A DNA stretch of 47,114 nucleotides from Octopus sinensis (lineage: Eukaryota): assembly GCF_006345805.1 (NCBI RefSeq), contig NW_021834460.1, positions 1 to 47,114 of the forward strand, written 5' to 3'. A program made the translations under genes and the position numbers. Each line of letters opens with the position of its first letter. The stretch's first letter is position 1. The notes under the pieces were generated by a model. That model saw only the letters and a list, made by a program, of their open reading frames with translations. It was not told where the DNA came from and made no database searches. Shown piece by piece: positions 24,745 through 36,577 of the stretch.

Positions 24745-25120
24745 ATTTCTTTACTACCCACAAGGGGCTAAACACAGTGGGGACAGACAAACGGATTAAG
24801 TCGATTATATCGATCCCAGTGCGTAACTGGTACTTAATTTATCGACCCCGAAAGGATGAAAGGCAAAGTCGACCTCGGCAGAATTTGAACTCAGAACGTA
24901 AAGTCAGACGAAATACCTATTTCTTTACTTCCCACAAGGGGCTACACACAGAGGGGACAAACAAGGACAGACAAACGGATTAAGTCGATTACATCGTTCC
25001 CAGTGCGTAACTGGTACTTAATTTATCGACCCCAAAAGGATGAAAGGCAAAGTCGTCCTCGGCGGAATTTGAACTCAGAACGTAACGGCGTGCTAACAAT
25101 TTCGCCAGCTTGCCGCCTTG
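24745..25120 (-). mobile_element. SINE family B with ~190-bp tandem duplication
   Basis: ACAAACGGATTAAGTCGATTA..GAACTCAGAACGTAA occurs twice. Confidence 0.8.
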
Positions 25121-25442
25121 GCTGGTTTAAATACTGAAGCACAAAGAGTGCAGTAGCTACCATAGGTAAGGGACTTAACTTAGCTTTCTGAGTTCAAGAG
25201 TTACCACCCCTTTTATTCTCCCAATCACTGTGAACTCTGACATTTCAAGCAGCCATTACTATATTTCACACCCTGACGAATACAATACAAGGCAAAAACA
25301 AATTTGGCTTATTTTCATCCAGCATGAAACTTAAGTTGCTCATAAAATCCTCTTAAAGTACAGTATAAAGACCTTTTCAACCTCATTCAAGAACTGAATA
25401 ATATCATAAGCTGATACTTGTTCAAACATTAACAATATATAC

Positions 25443-25836
25443 ATAGGAGTGGCTGCGTGGTAAGCAGCCTGCTTAGCAACCACATGGTTCCAGGTTCAGT
25501 CCCACTGCGTGGCATCTTGGGCAAGTGTCTTCGACTATAGCCTCGGGCCAACCAAAGCCTTGTGAGTGGATTGGTAGACGGAAACTGAAAGAAGCCCGTC
25601 GTATATATGTATATATATAATATGGGTGTGGTGTTTGTGTGTCTCGTGTTTTGTCCCCCTAGCTTTGCTTGACAACCGATGCTGGTGTTTACGTCCCCGT
25701 CACTTAGCGGTTCGGCAAAAGAGACCGATAGAATAAGTACTGGGCTTACAAAGAATAAATCCTGTGGTCGATTTGCTTGAGTAAATGCGGTGCTCCAGCA
25801 TGGCCACAGTCAAATGACTGAAACAAGTAAAAGAGT
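25443..25836 (+). mobile_element. SINE family A, full length
   Basis: Head to tail match. Confidence 0.85.
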
Positions 25837-26050
25837 ATACATCCATATATATACACAGTCGAATTATTGGTGAAAACATTTTGCTCTGATGATCTGATGA
25901 GCAAGCTATTGTTCTTTATTTGCATTAATTTGTGAATATATGATCCTATTTTATAATAGCAAGCATACATACAGTTCTATATTTAAGACATGAGGAATTA
26001 TGTACATTATTTACATTTCGCGGATATTTGTCCTCATCTTATTTGTTGTT

Positions 26051-26096
26051 AACACAACGTTTCGGCTGGTATACCCTCCAGCCTTCATCAGGTGTT
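26051..26096 (-). ncRNA. Minimal type I hammerhead ribozyme with canonical core
   Basis: Minus strand AACAC | CTGATGA | A GGCTGG AGGGTATA CCAGCC | GAAA | CG TT | GTGTT; 5-bp stem I, 6-bp stem II, palindromic AACGTT. Confidence 0.75.
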
Positions 26097-26364
26097 GGCA
26101 ATAGGAAGAGCATCCTGCAGTAAAATACTGCCCCCCCCCCACCATCAAAAACAAAAGCAACACATGTAGCATATGCCAACAGAGAAAAAGTATACATATA
26201 ATGGTGATGATGATGATGATGATGAAGAGTAGGAGGAGCCTGAGAATGCAGAAGAGGATTGTGCTGCTACTACTGATCAAGTTGGTGATGACGATGATGC
26301 TGATGACAACATAATATGTGTATATCTAAATGAGATATAAAATGCATATATGTATGTATATATG

Positions 26365-26419
<55 letters not shown>

Positions 26420-26423
26420 ATAT

Positions 26424-26456
<33 letters not shown>

Positions 26457-26537
26457 GATATATATTATATATATAAATATATATATATATATAAATATAT
26501 ATATAAATATATTATAAATATATATATAAATAATATA

Positions 26538-26598
<61 letters not shown>

Positions 26599-26726
26599 TG
26601 TATATGTATATATTATATATATATTTATATATATATATATATATATATATAGATATATATATTATATATTATATATATACATATATATAATTTATATATA
26701 TATTATATATATATTTTAATATATAT

Positions 26727-26762
<36 letters not shown>

Positions 26763-26767
26763 TATAT

Positions 26768-27413
26768 AATAGAAATATTAAATTACTAAGTCTCTCTAAA
26801 AGAGAACAGCGGCAGCGTTCCCGGAAAATATTAGTTATCGCCATACTAATATGGCATTCTTATAAAAATAAGAAAAAAGCTGTCCGCTTATTAGCTCCAT
26901 GAGGCCATCGCCTTAAGTTAGCTATTTGATACACAAACTGTATCCATATAACCTTCGAACAAGGGAGGTCAGTCGCTCCACACTACTAATAAGCGGACAG
27001 CTTTTTTCTTATTTTTATAAGAATGCCATATTAGTATGGCGATAACTATTATTTTCCGGGAACGCTGCCGCTGTTCTCTTTTAGAGAGACTTAGTTATTT
27101 TAATATTTCTATTATTGAAAACAAGTGGATGTATTCCACCGAAACTAGGTAAATAAAACCATCGAACAGAGATTGTCGGAAGCGACACCTACTGGCTGGC
27201 TACGCTGCATTGAAAAGGGGCAATACCCCGAAACGCGTCTGTAGCTGCCGGTCAAGTAGTGTGGAGCGACTCACCTCCCTTGTTCGGAGGTTATATGGAT
27301 ACAGTTTGTGTATCAAATAGCTAACTTAAGGCGATGGCCTCATGGAGCTAATAAGCGGACAGCTTTTTTCTTATTTTTATAAGAATGCCATATTAGTATG
27401 GCGATAACTATTA
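26768..27413. repeat. Penelope-like inverted + tandem pLTR structure (A-B-A'-C-B'-A')
   Basis: A 26768-26894 is inverted at 26986-27113 and 27348-27413; B 26895-26985 is inverted at 27256-27347; (TA)n flanks. Confidence 0.85.
27204..27245 (+). ncRNA. Minimal type I hammerhead ribozyme motif, U3:A8 core variant
   Basis: GCTGCA | TTGAAAA | GGGG CAATA CCCC | GAAA | CGCG TC | TGTAGC; predicted cleavage after C27239. Confidence 0.75.
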
Positions 27414-27512
27414 TATATATATATATATATATATAGATATATATATATATATGTATATAAGCATAATATATTATATGCATATATAGCTATACCTATATCT
27501 ATCTATATATTC

Positions 27513-27957
27513 TTTTATTTGTTTCAGTCATTTGACTGCAGCCATGCTGGAGCACTGCCTTTAGTCAGGCAAATCAACCCCAGGACTTATTCTTCATAAG
27601 CCTAGTACTTATTCTATAGGTCTCTTTTGCTGAACCACTAAGTTACGGAGGCATAAACACACTAGCATTGGTTGTCAAACAATGGTGGGGTACAAACACA
27701 GACACACGAACATATAACACACACATACATGTATATATATATGTGTGAGTGTGTGGGCATATATGTATATAATATATAGATATACACATAGATATATACG
27801 AAAGGTTTCTTTCAGTTTCCGTCTACCAAATCTACTCACAAGGTTTTGGTCAGCCTGAGGCTGTAGTAGAAGATACTTGCCCAAGGTGCCACACAGTAAG
27901 ACTGAACCCGGAACCATGTGGTCGGTAAGCAAGCAACATACCACACAGCCACTCCTG

Positions 27958-27960
<3 letters not shown>
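27513..27960 (-). mobile_element. SINE family A, full length
   Basis: Reverse complement of the consensus. Confidence 0.85.
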
Positions 27961-27991
<31 letters not shown>

Positions 27992-28290
27992 TGTGTGTGT
28001 GTGTGTGTGTGTGCGTGTGTGTATACATATATAAAAATTTTATTTCGTAATGAGATAATAATCCAAGGCTGAGTAGATTTTAGAACATTTATAAATAGGT
28101 CTTACAGCTGTTTCCAGGATATTTATTAATTATATCCCTTCATCAGAGACAGTGTGAGAGGACAGTTAAGAAATAGTTAATTTAGACAAGATATAAAATA
28201 GAGAGTGAGGTGGAAGAGAGAAAATAGATGTGAAATATGTAGGGATATTGAATTTGTAGATTCATTTTTTTAGGCAGAATGGTATACATA

Positions 28291-28673
28291 CACTACCGTC
28301 AGAAATTAATTAGCACCCTTGATTTGCTCTTCACTCAAGGTATGTGCTGTCACCTAGTGGCCATATCTCGAACTATTGCTTTGTTGCGAGTTCACTGTTG
28401 CGCAGAACGATGACGTAACTTTGTTTGCAGAGCAGTTTGAGAGTCTACCACAGCCTTATGATGTTGACATAGCAGTGCAACAACAACTTGGAGTGTGGAT
28501 GCAGACAATCTTCCTTTGTTTAATAGATATAGGTACTCCTCGCAAGGACCGAAATCACACACACATACTAAGTTTTCTCATCGCGTAAGACGTTTTGAAC
28601 AGCTCATAGGTTAATTGATTTAACCTATTTAATGTAGAAATTTGAGAATGCTAATTAATTTCTGACGCAAGTG
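28291..28673. mobile_element. Tc1/mariner-type MITE
   Basis: 25-bp TIRs CACTACCGTCAGAAATTAATTAGCA / TGCTAATTAATTTCTGACGCAAGTG, flanked by TA on both sides; no transposase. Confidence 0.85.
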
Positions 28674-28808
28674 TATATGATTCCAGTACCTTATGAGTAA
28701 AATCCAACAGAATTTAAAATTGGTCATTCCACATATAGAGTTTATACACAGTGTTGTTGAATCCAGGTTGTGATTAAAGGACATATAATATATATATATA
28801 GATATATA

Positions 28809-28844
<36 letters not shown>

Positions 28845-28845
<1 letters not shown>

Positions 28846-29326
28846 ATCTTGACTGGCTTCTGTGCCGATGGCATGTTAAAAGCACCAACCGATGATGGCT
28901 GCTGCCAGCCTCCCCTGGTACCTGTGCCGGTGGCACGTAAAAAGCACCCACTACACTCACAGAGTGTTTGGCGTTAGGAAGGGCATCCAGCCGTAGAAAC
29001 ATTGCCAGATCAGACTGGAGCCTGGTGAAGCCTCCTGGCTTCCCAGACCCCGGTCGAACCATCCAACCCATGCTAGCACGGCAAACGGACGTTAAACGAT
29101 GATGATGATGAGGAGGAGGATATATATATATAAAGTAAAAAAAGCATGTAAAAAGCACCTTGTTTACTCTGTAAAGTGGTTGGCATTAGGGAAGGGCATC
29201 CAAAACATAAAAACACAGCCAACTCATACAACGGCGCCTGGTGCAATCCTCAGACTTGTAAGCTCCTGTCAAACTCTCCAACACATGGAAGACAGACGTT
29301 AACCAATGATGATGATGATGATGATA
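28845..29326 (+). mobile_element. Two tandem copies of (GAT)n-tailed retroposon family E
   Basis: GTTGGCRTTAGGAAGGGCATCCAG..CCAACCCATGCTAGCA..GACGTTAAACGATGATGAT; further copies at ~34072(-), 34720, 38885(-), 43790, 46110. Confidence 0.75.
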
Positions 29327-29573
29327 TATAACACGGAATTAGATAAAATACATGATAAAATATTATTTTTACCAAAACCATGAAAAAAAATACTCTGAAA
29401 ATAAACAATTCTGCAGCTGTAGAAATGCAAAGAGACGCAAGTGGTCACACTGTCATATTTGCAAACACCTTTGATCACAGAATCTACTCGAAAACCAGGT
29501 CCAACCCAACTCGGGGTTAAACAGTAACTACGACATCAAACACAACAAAACAAAACAAAAAACACAGATCTTT

Positions 29574-29600
29574 TTTATTGTTTTAATATTTTTCTTTATT
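29574..29600 (-). terminator. Candidate polyadenylation signals of the FOG/ush gene
   Basis: Two minus-strand AATAAA (29600-29595, 29579-29574) followed by a GT/T-rich tract (29566-29538); implies a ~1.2 kb 3' UTR. Confidence 0.4.
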
Positions 29601-29784
29601 TCCATATTGTTGTAAACAATATCAACTAACGTTATATATTTCATGCACACGCATTAAAAATATCTCAGATACAGTTGCTGTTGTTGTTGTTGTTGTTGCT
29701 GCTGTAATTGTTGATGGTGGTGGTGGTGGTGGTGGTAAATGGCTTATTTTTCTCTGTGTGTGTTCATATAGTAATCTGTATATT

Positions 29785-29840
<56 letters not shown>

Positions 29841-30304
29841 AATGTGAATGTGTGTATGTATATGTATGTGTCTGTTTCTCTTTGCTTTGTTTTGTTTTTT
29901 TTCTCTTTTTTTTTATAATTAATATTTTTTTAAATTTTAAATGTTTTTTGTCTTCTGTTCTTTATTTCATTCTCTTGAAAAAAAAAAAAAAAAAAAGACA
30001 TAAAGGGGAAACAATTATAGACATCAAATTTTAATCCTGAGTGTTCACAGTGGACTCAGTATAAATTTTATTTGCTTAATATTATTATTATTATTATTAT
30101 CATTATTAGTATTGTTGTTGTTGTCGTCATTATTAATATTTTCAAATTTGTTTTAATTTATTTTATCATTTGTAATTTTTAAAATTTTTTCTTTTTTGTT
30201 TTCTTTCACTCTCTTCGTCTCCTTTTAATTATTTGTCAATTTTAATAATTATATTTCTTTAATTGTAAATTTTAATTTTAATTTTATTTATTTATTCATT
30301 TTAT

Positions 30305-30648
30305 TTTACTCTTTTACTCTTTTATTAGTTTCAGTCATTTGACTGCGGCCATGCTGGAGCACCGCCTTTAATCGAGCAACTCGACCCCGGGACTTATTCT
30401 TTTGTAAGCCCAGTACTTATTCTATCGGTCTCTTTTGCCGAACCGCTAAGTAACGGGGACAGAAACACACCAGCATCGGTTGTCAAGCAATGCTAGGGGG
30501 ACAAACACAGACACAAACACACACACGCATATATATATATATATATACATACATACGATGGGCTTCTTTCAGTTTCCGTCTACCAAATCCACTCACAAGG
30601 CTTTGGTTGGCCCGAGGCTATAGTAGAAAACACTTGCCCAAGGTGCCA
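30305..30648 (-). mobile_element. SINE family A (5'-truncated), sense orientation within the putative ush 3' UTR
   Basis: Reverse complement of the consensus, beginning ~135 nt after the stop codon. Confidence 0.8.
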
Positions 30649-30782
30649 CTTTTTTTTTTTTCTTTTCTTAATATACATTTCCTATTGAGGTTGTTCGTGT
30701 GTGTGTTTGTGTGTGTATGTGTGTGTGAGAGAGTCTGTATGAATTGCACCAGAAGCAATCCTTTCGTTAAAAAGCAAGATAT

Positions 30783-33777
30783 TTAAGCAGTCACAGATGG
30801 TTTCGGCTCTGTCGGAAATCGGGCACTACAATAATGTTTTTTGTGAGCTAAGAACGTCGCTAAGTAAGTAAAACTAATATCACATTGCTGGCAATATTTG
30901 GAGAGGTGTGTCTCTGGCACGTGGTTAGAGGGAGTATCAGTTCTCTCCCCTTTCAGGTATTGGGATTTGTTATATACATAGATAGGTGACGATGCAGATG
31001 CTAGGACAGAGAGAGGAGCGGCAGTAGGAGAGGAAGGAGTGGAGGAGGGCCGGGGAGGAGAGGGAGAGGTTTTGGGGGTATGGTTTGTGGAGGTTTCTAG
31101 TTTGGAATGTGGTGGAACAGAAGATTCTTCTTTTGGTGGGGTCAGGTTCAAACTGGCGTCTCTCCTTTCACTGCACTCTTCCTTCTCGGCCTCAATTTTC
31201 ACACAAATATTAGCAATTTCCGACAAAGAAGGGCTGTTACTTTGAGCAGGCCCATTCATGTTATTCTCAGCTTTATCATAGCCATGATCGATGGGCTCAG
31301 GTTTTACCTGGATTAAGGGACTGATCGAAGGAGCTGTCTTAGTTTGGTGGTCGTTTGCGACAGGTTCTTCGGCGCTATTCTGCACACTCGCAGACTGGAA
31401 CGCATTCACTGCGTTCTTCAGATTTCCATCTTTACTGTCTTCGTATTTCAGACAGAGAACATTACTGTTGTAAGATGGGGTTTTCCGAGGTTGACTCAAC
31501 GTTGGAGAGATTTCACCAGATGTTTTCGGAAAACATTTTAAAGGAGTGCTGTTCGGATCAGCATTTTCTGTGTATTTGAATTTTTTCGATGTTATTGTAG
31601 CATTTTGATCCAAACAAGGAGTGACATGGATATTGTGAAGTTGGCTGTTGCCGGGACTAGAATCTTCTAAGTCTTTGTTGTTATTCACAGATTTCGGCCT
31701 TGGAATCGTATGTGATACTAAAGGAGAAGTTCGGTGAATAGAATTATGCATCTGGAATGCCTTCATGTCACTAAAAGTCTCCCCACATATCTTGCAGGCA
31801 TGCAAAAGTTCGTGATTTGATATATCCATACGTTCGTAGGATTTTCGAGATCTCCTTCTTTTGTACGGCTCATTCTTCAGTCGAATCAGTTCAGCTTCCA
31901 TGTCTAAACTTCCAAACACATCAGACGTACCATTTTTGAAAGAAACTGGCAGAAGCGGAGGCTCTTCGACCTCCAAGACATGTTTCTCGTTAAATTCCTC
32001 ACCGTTGTCTGTATGAGTCTTGCCATGCATTCGCATGCCCCGTACAGTATTGCCACGGTAACCACACAATAAACACTTGTAGCCTCGTGAAGAGGTGTGA
32101 GCTTTCATGTGCTCGGTCAATTTGTTCTGAGTGGGGGCAACATAATCACAATGTGGGCAGCGTACCATTGGGTTCTGCATATTAGCAGGACAGTAGTGGT
32201 GTCGGTATAACCTAGATGAAGTATATGAAGTGTGGCAGTGGTTACATGTATAAAAACTGTCCTCCAAAGAGTTATCATCTGCCTCACTACAACTGCTTTC
32301 AGAATGACCATCGGCCTTACATAAAATTAACGACTGTTCACTGTTTTTACCATGTGGACAATAATAATCTTTGTGGGCCTTTAGGGTCGATGCTGAACTG
32401 AACTTTATTTTACAAGGGACACAGTAATAGCTGAAATTAGCTTTCTTTTCAGAGTTCTCGGCAGACACCCATGGGTTTTACTGCTGTTGTTGAGAAGATC
32501 GAGTTTTTCTTCACTGTTCAACGATATGGATGGTTTATTGATGAGTTCAGGAGATTTCTTAGCAAGCACCACACTGCTAGAATTGGACTCTGCCACCTCA
32601 CGTGGGGACAGTTTTGGGGATATTTGCGGCGAGGTCTTCACTGCCCTCCTACTGGCACAGTAGTGCTGCTTGTGGGCGATGAAGTTCTCGTGTTTATAGA
32701 AGACAATGTTGCATTCCATACATTTGCTGACATGCGCTGTTGTCGTTTGACCGCTCGGAGAAGTGATCAAAGCCGTTTGGTGTGGGTATTGTTGGGCCGC
32801 TTGTTTGAAAAACTGGTTGAGGACATTAGGTTCTGTGGTCGACCAAGTTGTGGCAGCGATAGCAGCAGCAGTAGCAGTGGTAGTCGTGGTGGTAGCTGTG
32901 GTAGTAGTGGTGGCAGAACATGAAGAAGATGAAGCAGACGAGGCTGAAGAAGATGAAGAACTTTCAGAAACTGATTTTCTTTCTGCAGATGTGGAATCGA
33001 ACTCTTCTTTGATTCGGTTCCTCGTATCTGAAGATTCTGAAACTGTTGGTGAAAGCGGTTCAACTGCGACTTTCTCTTCTGGTTTGGCATCGTCCTTCTT
33101 AGTACTTAAATCTAATGGTTGATCTTTGCTTGAATTCGACGTAGGAATGGTGGTTTGGTGGGCCTGGGCAGGCTGGGTGAGGTTAGCAGAAGAAACGACT
33201 GGTTGTACGATGACGGTTGGTACGGTGAATGCAAGGCTTGGGATGCCGTTCGGCGCTAAGATAGGGGCTGCTACGATCACTGCTGTCTGCGTCGACAGCA
33301 CTGAGCTTCCCGCGGTCACATGATAAGGAACATTTTGCAAATGATGTGTAACTGGCGTCAGTGAATTCACGGGACTCTGCGTTCCAATTTCAGGCTTACT
33401 TAATACATTTGGAGACTCAACTTTCCGAGGTTCTTTGTTCCGACGAGAACAATAAAATTTCTTGTGGCCTCTAAATGTATTTACTGAACTGAATTGTATG
33501 TTACACTCTTTGCAAAATGTCTCAGATTTCAGGATCGGTTTATTCGGTGGGGTTTCTTCACACTCTTTCGCTGACCTGTTATGTATTCTTCTGTGGCGGT
33601 TTAACCCAGAGAGTTTTTCTGCTGAGTAGGAACAACACGGACATTGGTACAGTTGACCAACTTTTATGGGTTTTGGAAGAGGAGATCCAGACTCTGTACA
33701 AGTATCAGATTCTTCAGCTTCGGATACCAAATGATCAGAATCCAAACGGATCTTTTTCGATCCTTCTTCGTCAGAAC
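30783..33777 (-). CDS. ush: FOG/u-shaped (ZFPM) zinc-finger protein, last coding exon (1-nt frame break near 32469)
   Basis: Acceptor TTTCTTGCAG|GT (phase 1) at 33777; FOG-type CCHC fingers CKECNIQF..HKKFYC, CMECNIVF..HKQHYC, CVPCKIKF..HKDYYC, CQQCDISF..HKKHYC; four C2H2 fingers; QPLDLS CtBP-binding motif; LIRLKNEPYKRRRSRK block; TAA at 30785-30783. Confidence 0.92.
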
Positions 33778-34071
33778 CTGCAAGAAATAAATGAAATAAT
33801 TAATTAATTACGGTGATAATTAATACATTTTAATTGTTTAGTTTCAACTAACATAAAGTCATGAAAAATAGATTAGTCTTGAATTCGATATAGCAAAGTT
33901 GTAGTGTGTTTTTGGTGAAGGTTTACTAATCACATGAGGGCCCTAATTTTGATTTCAAATAAATGCATACGCGTGTGCACATGCACATGTGTGTGTGTGC
34001 ATGCACGTGTATGTGTGTGAAGCAACTGTTTCTCCATTATAGATAAGAATCATACATATGTCTTGGAACCA

Positions 34072-34300
34072 TCATCATCACTTAACATGCGTTGTCCATG
34101 CTGTCAGGTGTTGGATGGTTTGACCAGGGTTGGCCCGCTGGAAGGCTGCATCAGACTCCAGTCTGATTTGGCATGGTTTTCTACGGCTGGATGCCCTTCC
34201 CAACACCAACCACTCTGACAGTGTAATAGGTGCTTTTGCGTGCCACCGGCAAGGGTGCCATTTGCGTGACACCAGGGTGCTTTTACGTGCTACTGGTGAT
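34072..34300 (-). mobile_element. Retroposon family E copy
   Basis: Reverse complement of the family E body with (GAT)n tail. Confidence 0.7.
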
Positions 34301-34539
34301 ATCTCTATTTTACCAACCCTTAAAGAATGGAAAGCAAAACTGGAACCATGATTTTGTGATCGTGAGTGCAGCACCTGAGCACACGGCCATGCACCTTTGC
34401 TCTTCTCCTTTATTGGTTTCAAGTTTTAGCATAAGTTGCTTGACTGGTACTTATTTTATTGACCCAAAAAGCATGAAAGGCAAAGTCAACCTTGGCGGAA
34501 TTTGAACTCAGAATCTAAAAGGTGGATGAAATGTCACTA

Positions 34540-34943
34540 AGCTTATTGCTGGGCCTCACAGAGGTGAGGTGGCTGAGTTCCTTTTGAGCATTGGGCCTCA
34601 TGGAGGCAAAGAGACCAAGCTCTTTTCAAGTGTTGGGCCTCATGGAGGCAATGACCGAGACCTTTAGCATCATGTTGTGCTTGATAAGAAGATCCATGAA
34701 GCCGAGCAAAATTGTAGTCATCGCAGATACCAGTGTCACACAAATGGCACCTGTGCCAGTGGCACATAAAAGCACTCATTACACTGTCGGAGTGGTTGGC
34801 ATTAGGAAGGGCATCCAGCTGTAGAAAACCATGTCATATCAGACTGGAGCCTGGTACAGCTTTCGAGTGTGCCAGTCCAGTCAAACCGTCCAACCCATGC
34901 CGGTATGGACAACAGATGTTAAATGATGATGATGATGATGATG
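34540..34943 (+). mobile_element. Longer retroposon family E copy
   Basis: Family E 3' body plus an upstream block with duplicated TTGGGCCTCATGGAGGCAA. Confidence 0.65.
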
Positions 34944-35310
34944 TGCCAACGATTCTGGCCATTCGCCACTCTTTCTCCCAACCCCAATCCCTCTCCTTCC
35001 CTCTCTCTCTTTCAGAGAGGCACTGAGCACTTACACGTACATATACACACACGGCTGTGGCTTCCACCTACCAAATTCAATCACAAAGCTTCGGTCGACT
35101 CGGGGCTATAGAGGAAGACACCTGCCCAAAGTGCCACGCAGTGGGACTGAACCCCCGAAACCATGTAGCTGGGAAGCAAGCTCCCTAACCACACAGCCAT
35201 GCCCACGCCGATGATAATGATGATGTGCTAATGATTCTGGCCATTCGCCACTCCTTCTCGCGACCCCAATCCCTCTCCTTAATTAGATATAATTAATTGC
35301 AAAGACATAC

Positions 35311-35532
35311 CTGCACTGGGTTTCCTCTCTCTCTTCTTCACGTTGCTGTGAGGTAACAAGGTGCTGTTGCCACCGGCCGCATCATTCGATGTCAAAACGT
35401 TGCTGCTGGCGGCAGCGGCGGGGGTGGGGTTGGATGGAGTAGGTTTCTTGGAGCAGTAGTAGAGCAAGTGACCCTCTAAAGTACTGGGCTTGCTAAAACG
35501 GACACCACAGTAGGGGCACTGGTAAATAAGGG
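35311..35532 (-). CDS. ush: FOG/ush internal exon (222 nt) encoding a CCHC finger
   Basis: Acceptor TTTTCTTGCAG, donor GTATGT, phase 1-1; LIYQCPYCGVRFSKPSTLEGHLLYYCSKK..KKRERKPSA; splices in frame to both neighbours. Confidence 0.9.
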
Positions 35533-35598
35533 CTGCAAGAAAATTAAATGGAAAATAAATAAAGTGAATAAAGTAATAAGTGATGTAAGAAATAACGC

Positions 35599-35636
<38 letters not shown>

Positions 35637-35674
35637 GTCTGTCATTCTGCTTCTCTCTCACACTCACTCTCTCC

Positions 35675-35726
<52 letters not shown>

Positions 35727-36243
35727 GTGTGTATATATATATATGCATATAAATATAGATGTGTGTATATATATACACACATATACATATATACATACAA
35801 ACACACACACACACATACATATTACTTGCACACACACACATACATACATATTACAGTCAGTGTTCTGTGGCCATTCTGGGACACTACTTGAGGGGTTTAG
35901 TCAAACAAATCAATCCTAGTGCTTATGCTATCAGAGCTAAGCGACAGAAACATAAACAAACCAACCCTGGTTATCAGGTAGTGGTGGGAGACTAACACAA
36001 GAGCAAAGACACACACACACACACCAAGCTCGTTCAGTTTGCCTATGAAACAAGTCAACTTGGAGCTATAACAGAAGACATTTGACCAAAGTGTCGTACA
36101 GTAGGATCGAACCCACGATCACATCTTTGGGAAGCAAGATTCTTAACCACAAAATAATCATTTTAAAACGAATTAATTCTTATTTCACTTTGAAACGAAT
36201 CAGTTACTGAGAAATGGGAAAGATAATTAAAACACCGACTTAC

Positions 36244-36501
36244 CGGAGAAAACCGGTATCTCTGTATTGGAACCTGGTAGATTGATGGCATGTTTGGAAC
36301 AGTCCGATTCTTCCTTCTTAATAGCTGCAGCACCAGTCACTGCAGGTAGACTTGAAATTGGTGTTGTTGGAGAGGCTTTCTCTTTGTCTCCAGTAGGATA
36401 AATCTTAGGAGATTGGCTCTTACTGGATAGGAATGTGAATGAGGCAACAAGAGCCGATTCCGATATTAAATCTACAATTAGTTTGCACCAAATACGACCG
36501 G
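36244..36501 (-). CDS. ush: FOG/ush internal exon (258 nt), end of PR/SET-like domain plus linker
   Basis: Acceptor CTCTCTTTGCAG, donor GTAAGT, phase 1-1; GRIWCKLIVDLISESALVASF resembles a PR-domain C-terminus; in frame with the next exon. Confidence 0.8.
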
Positions 36502-36577
36502 CTGCAAAGAGAGAGAAAAAGAATAAATTCATTACTGTTTGTGTTACGATATTTTTGTATTAAAAATAAAAATAATA

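Noticed and set aside
25881-25904. TTGCTC-TGATGA-T-CTGA-T-GAGCAA, resembling C/D boxes in a stem
   Set aside because: Only 24 nt with no room for a guide; not a snoRNA.
32405-32477. Programmed -1 ribosomal frameshift in ush
   Set aside because: No X XXY YYZ slippery site in the correct frame within the overlap.
31039-33807. Plus-strand ORFs overlapping ush (e.g. 32471-32923, 32763-33122)
   Set aside because: Antisense shadows of a genuine coding exon.
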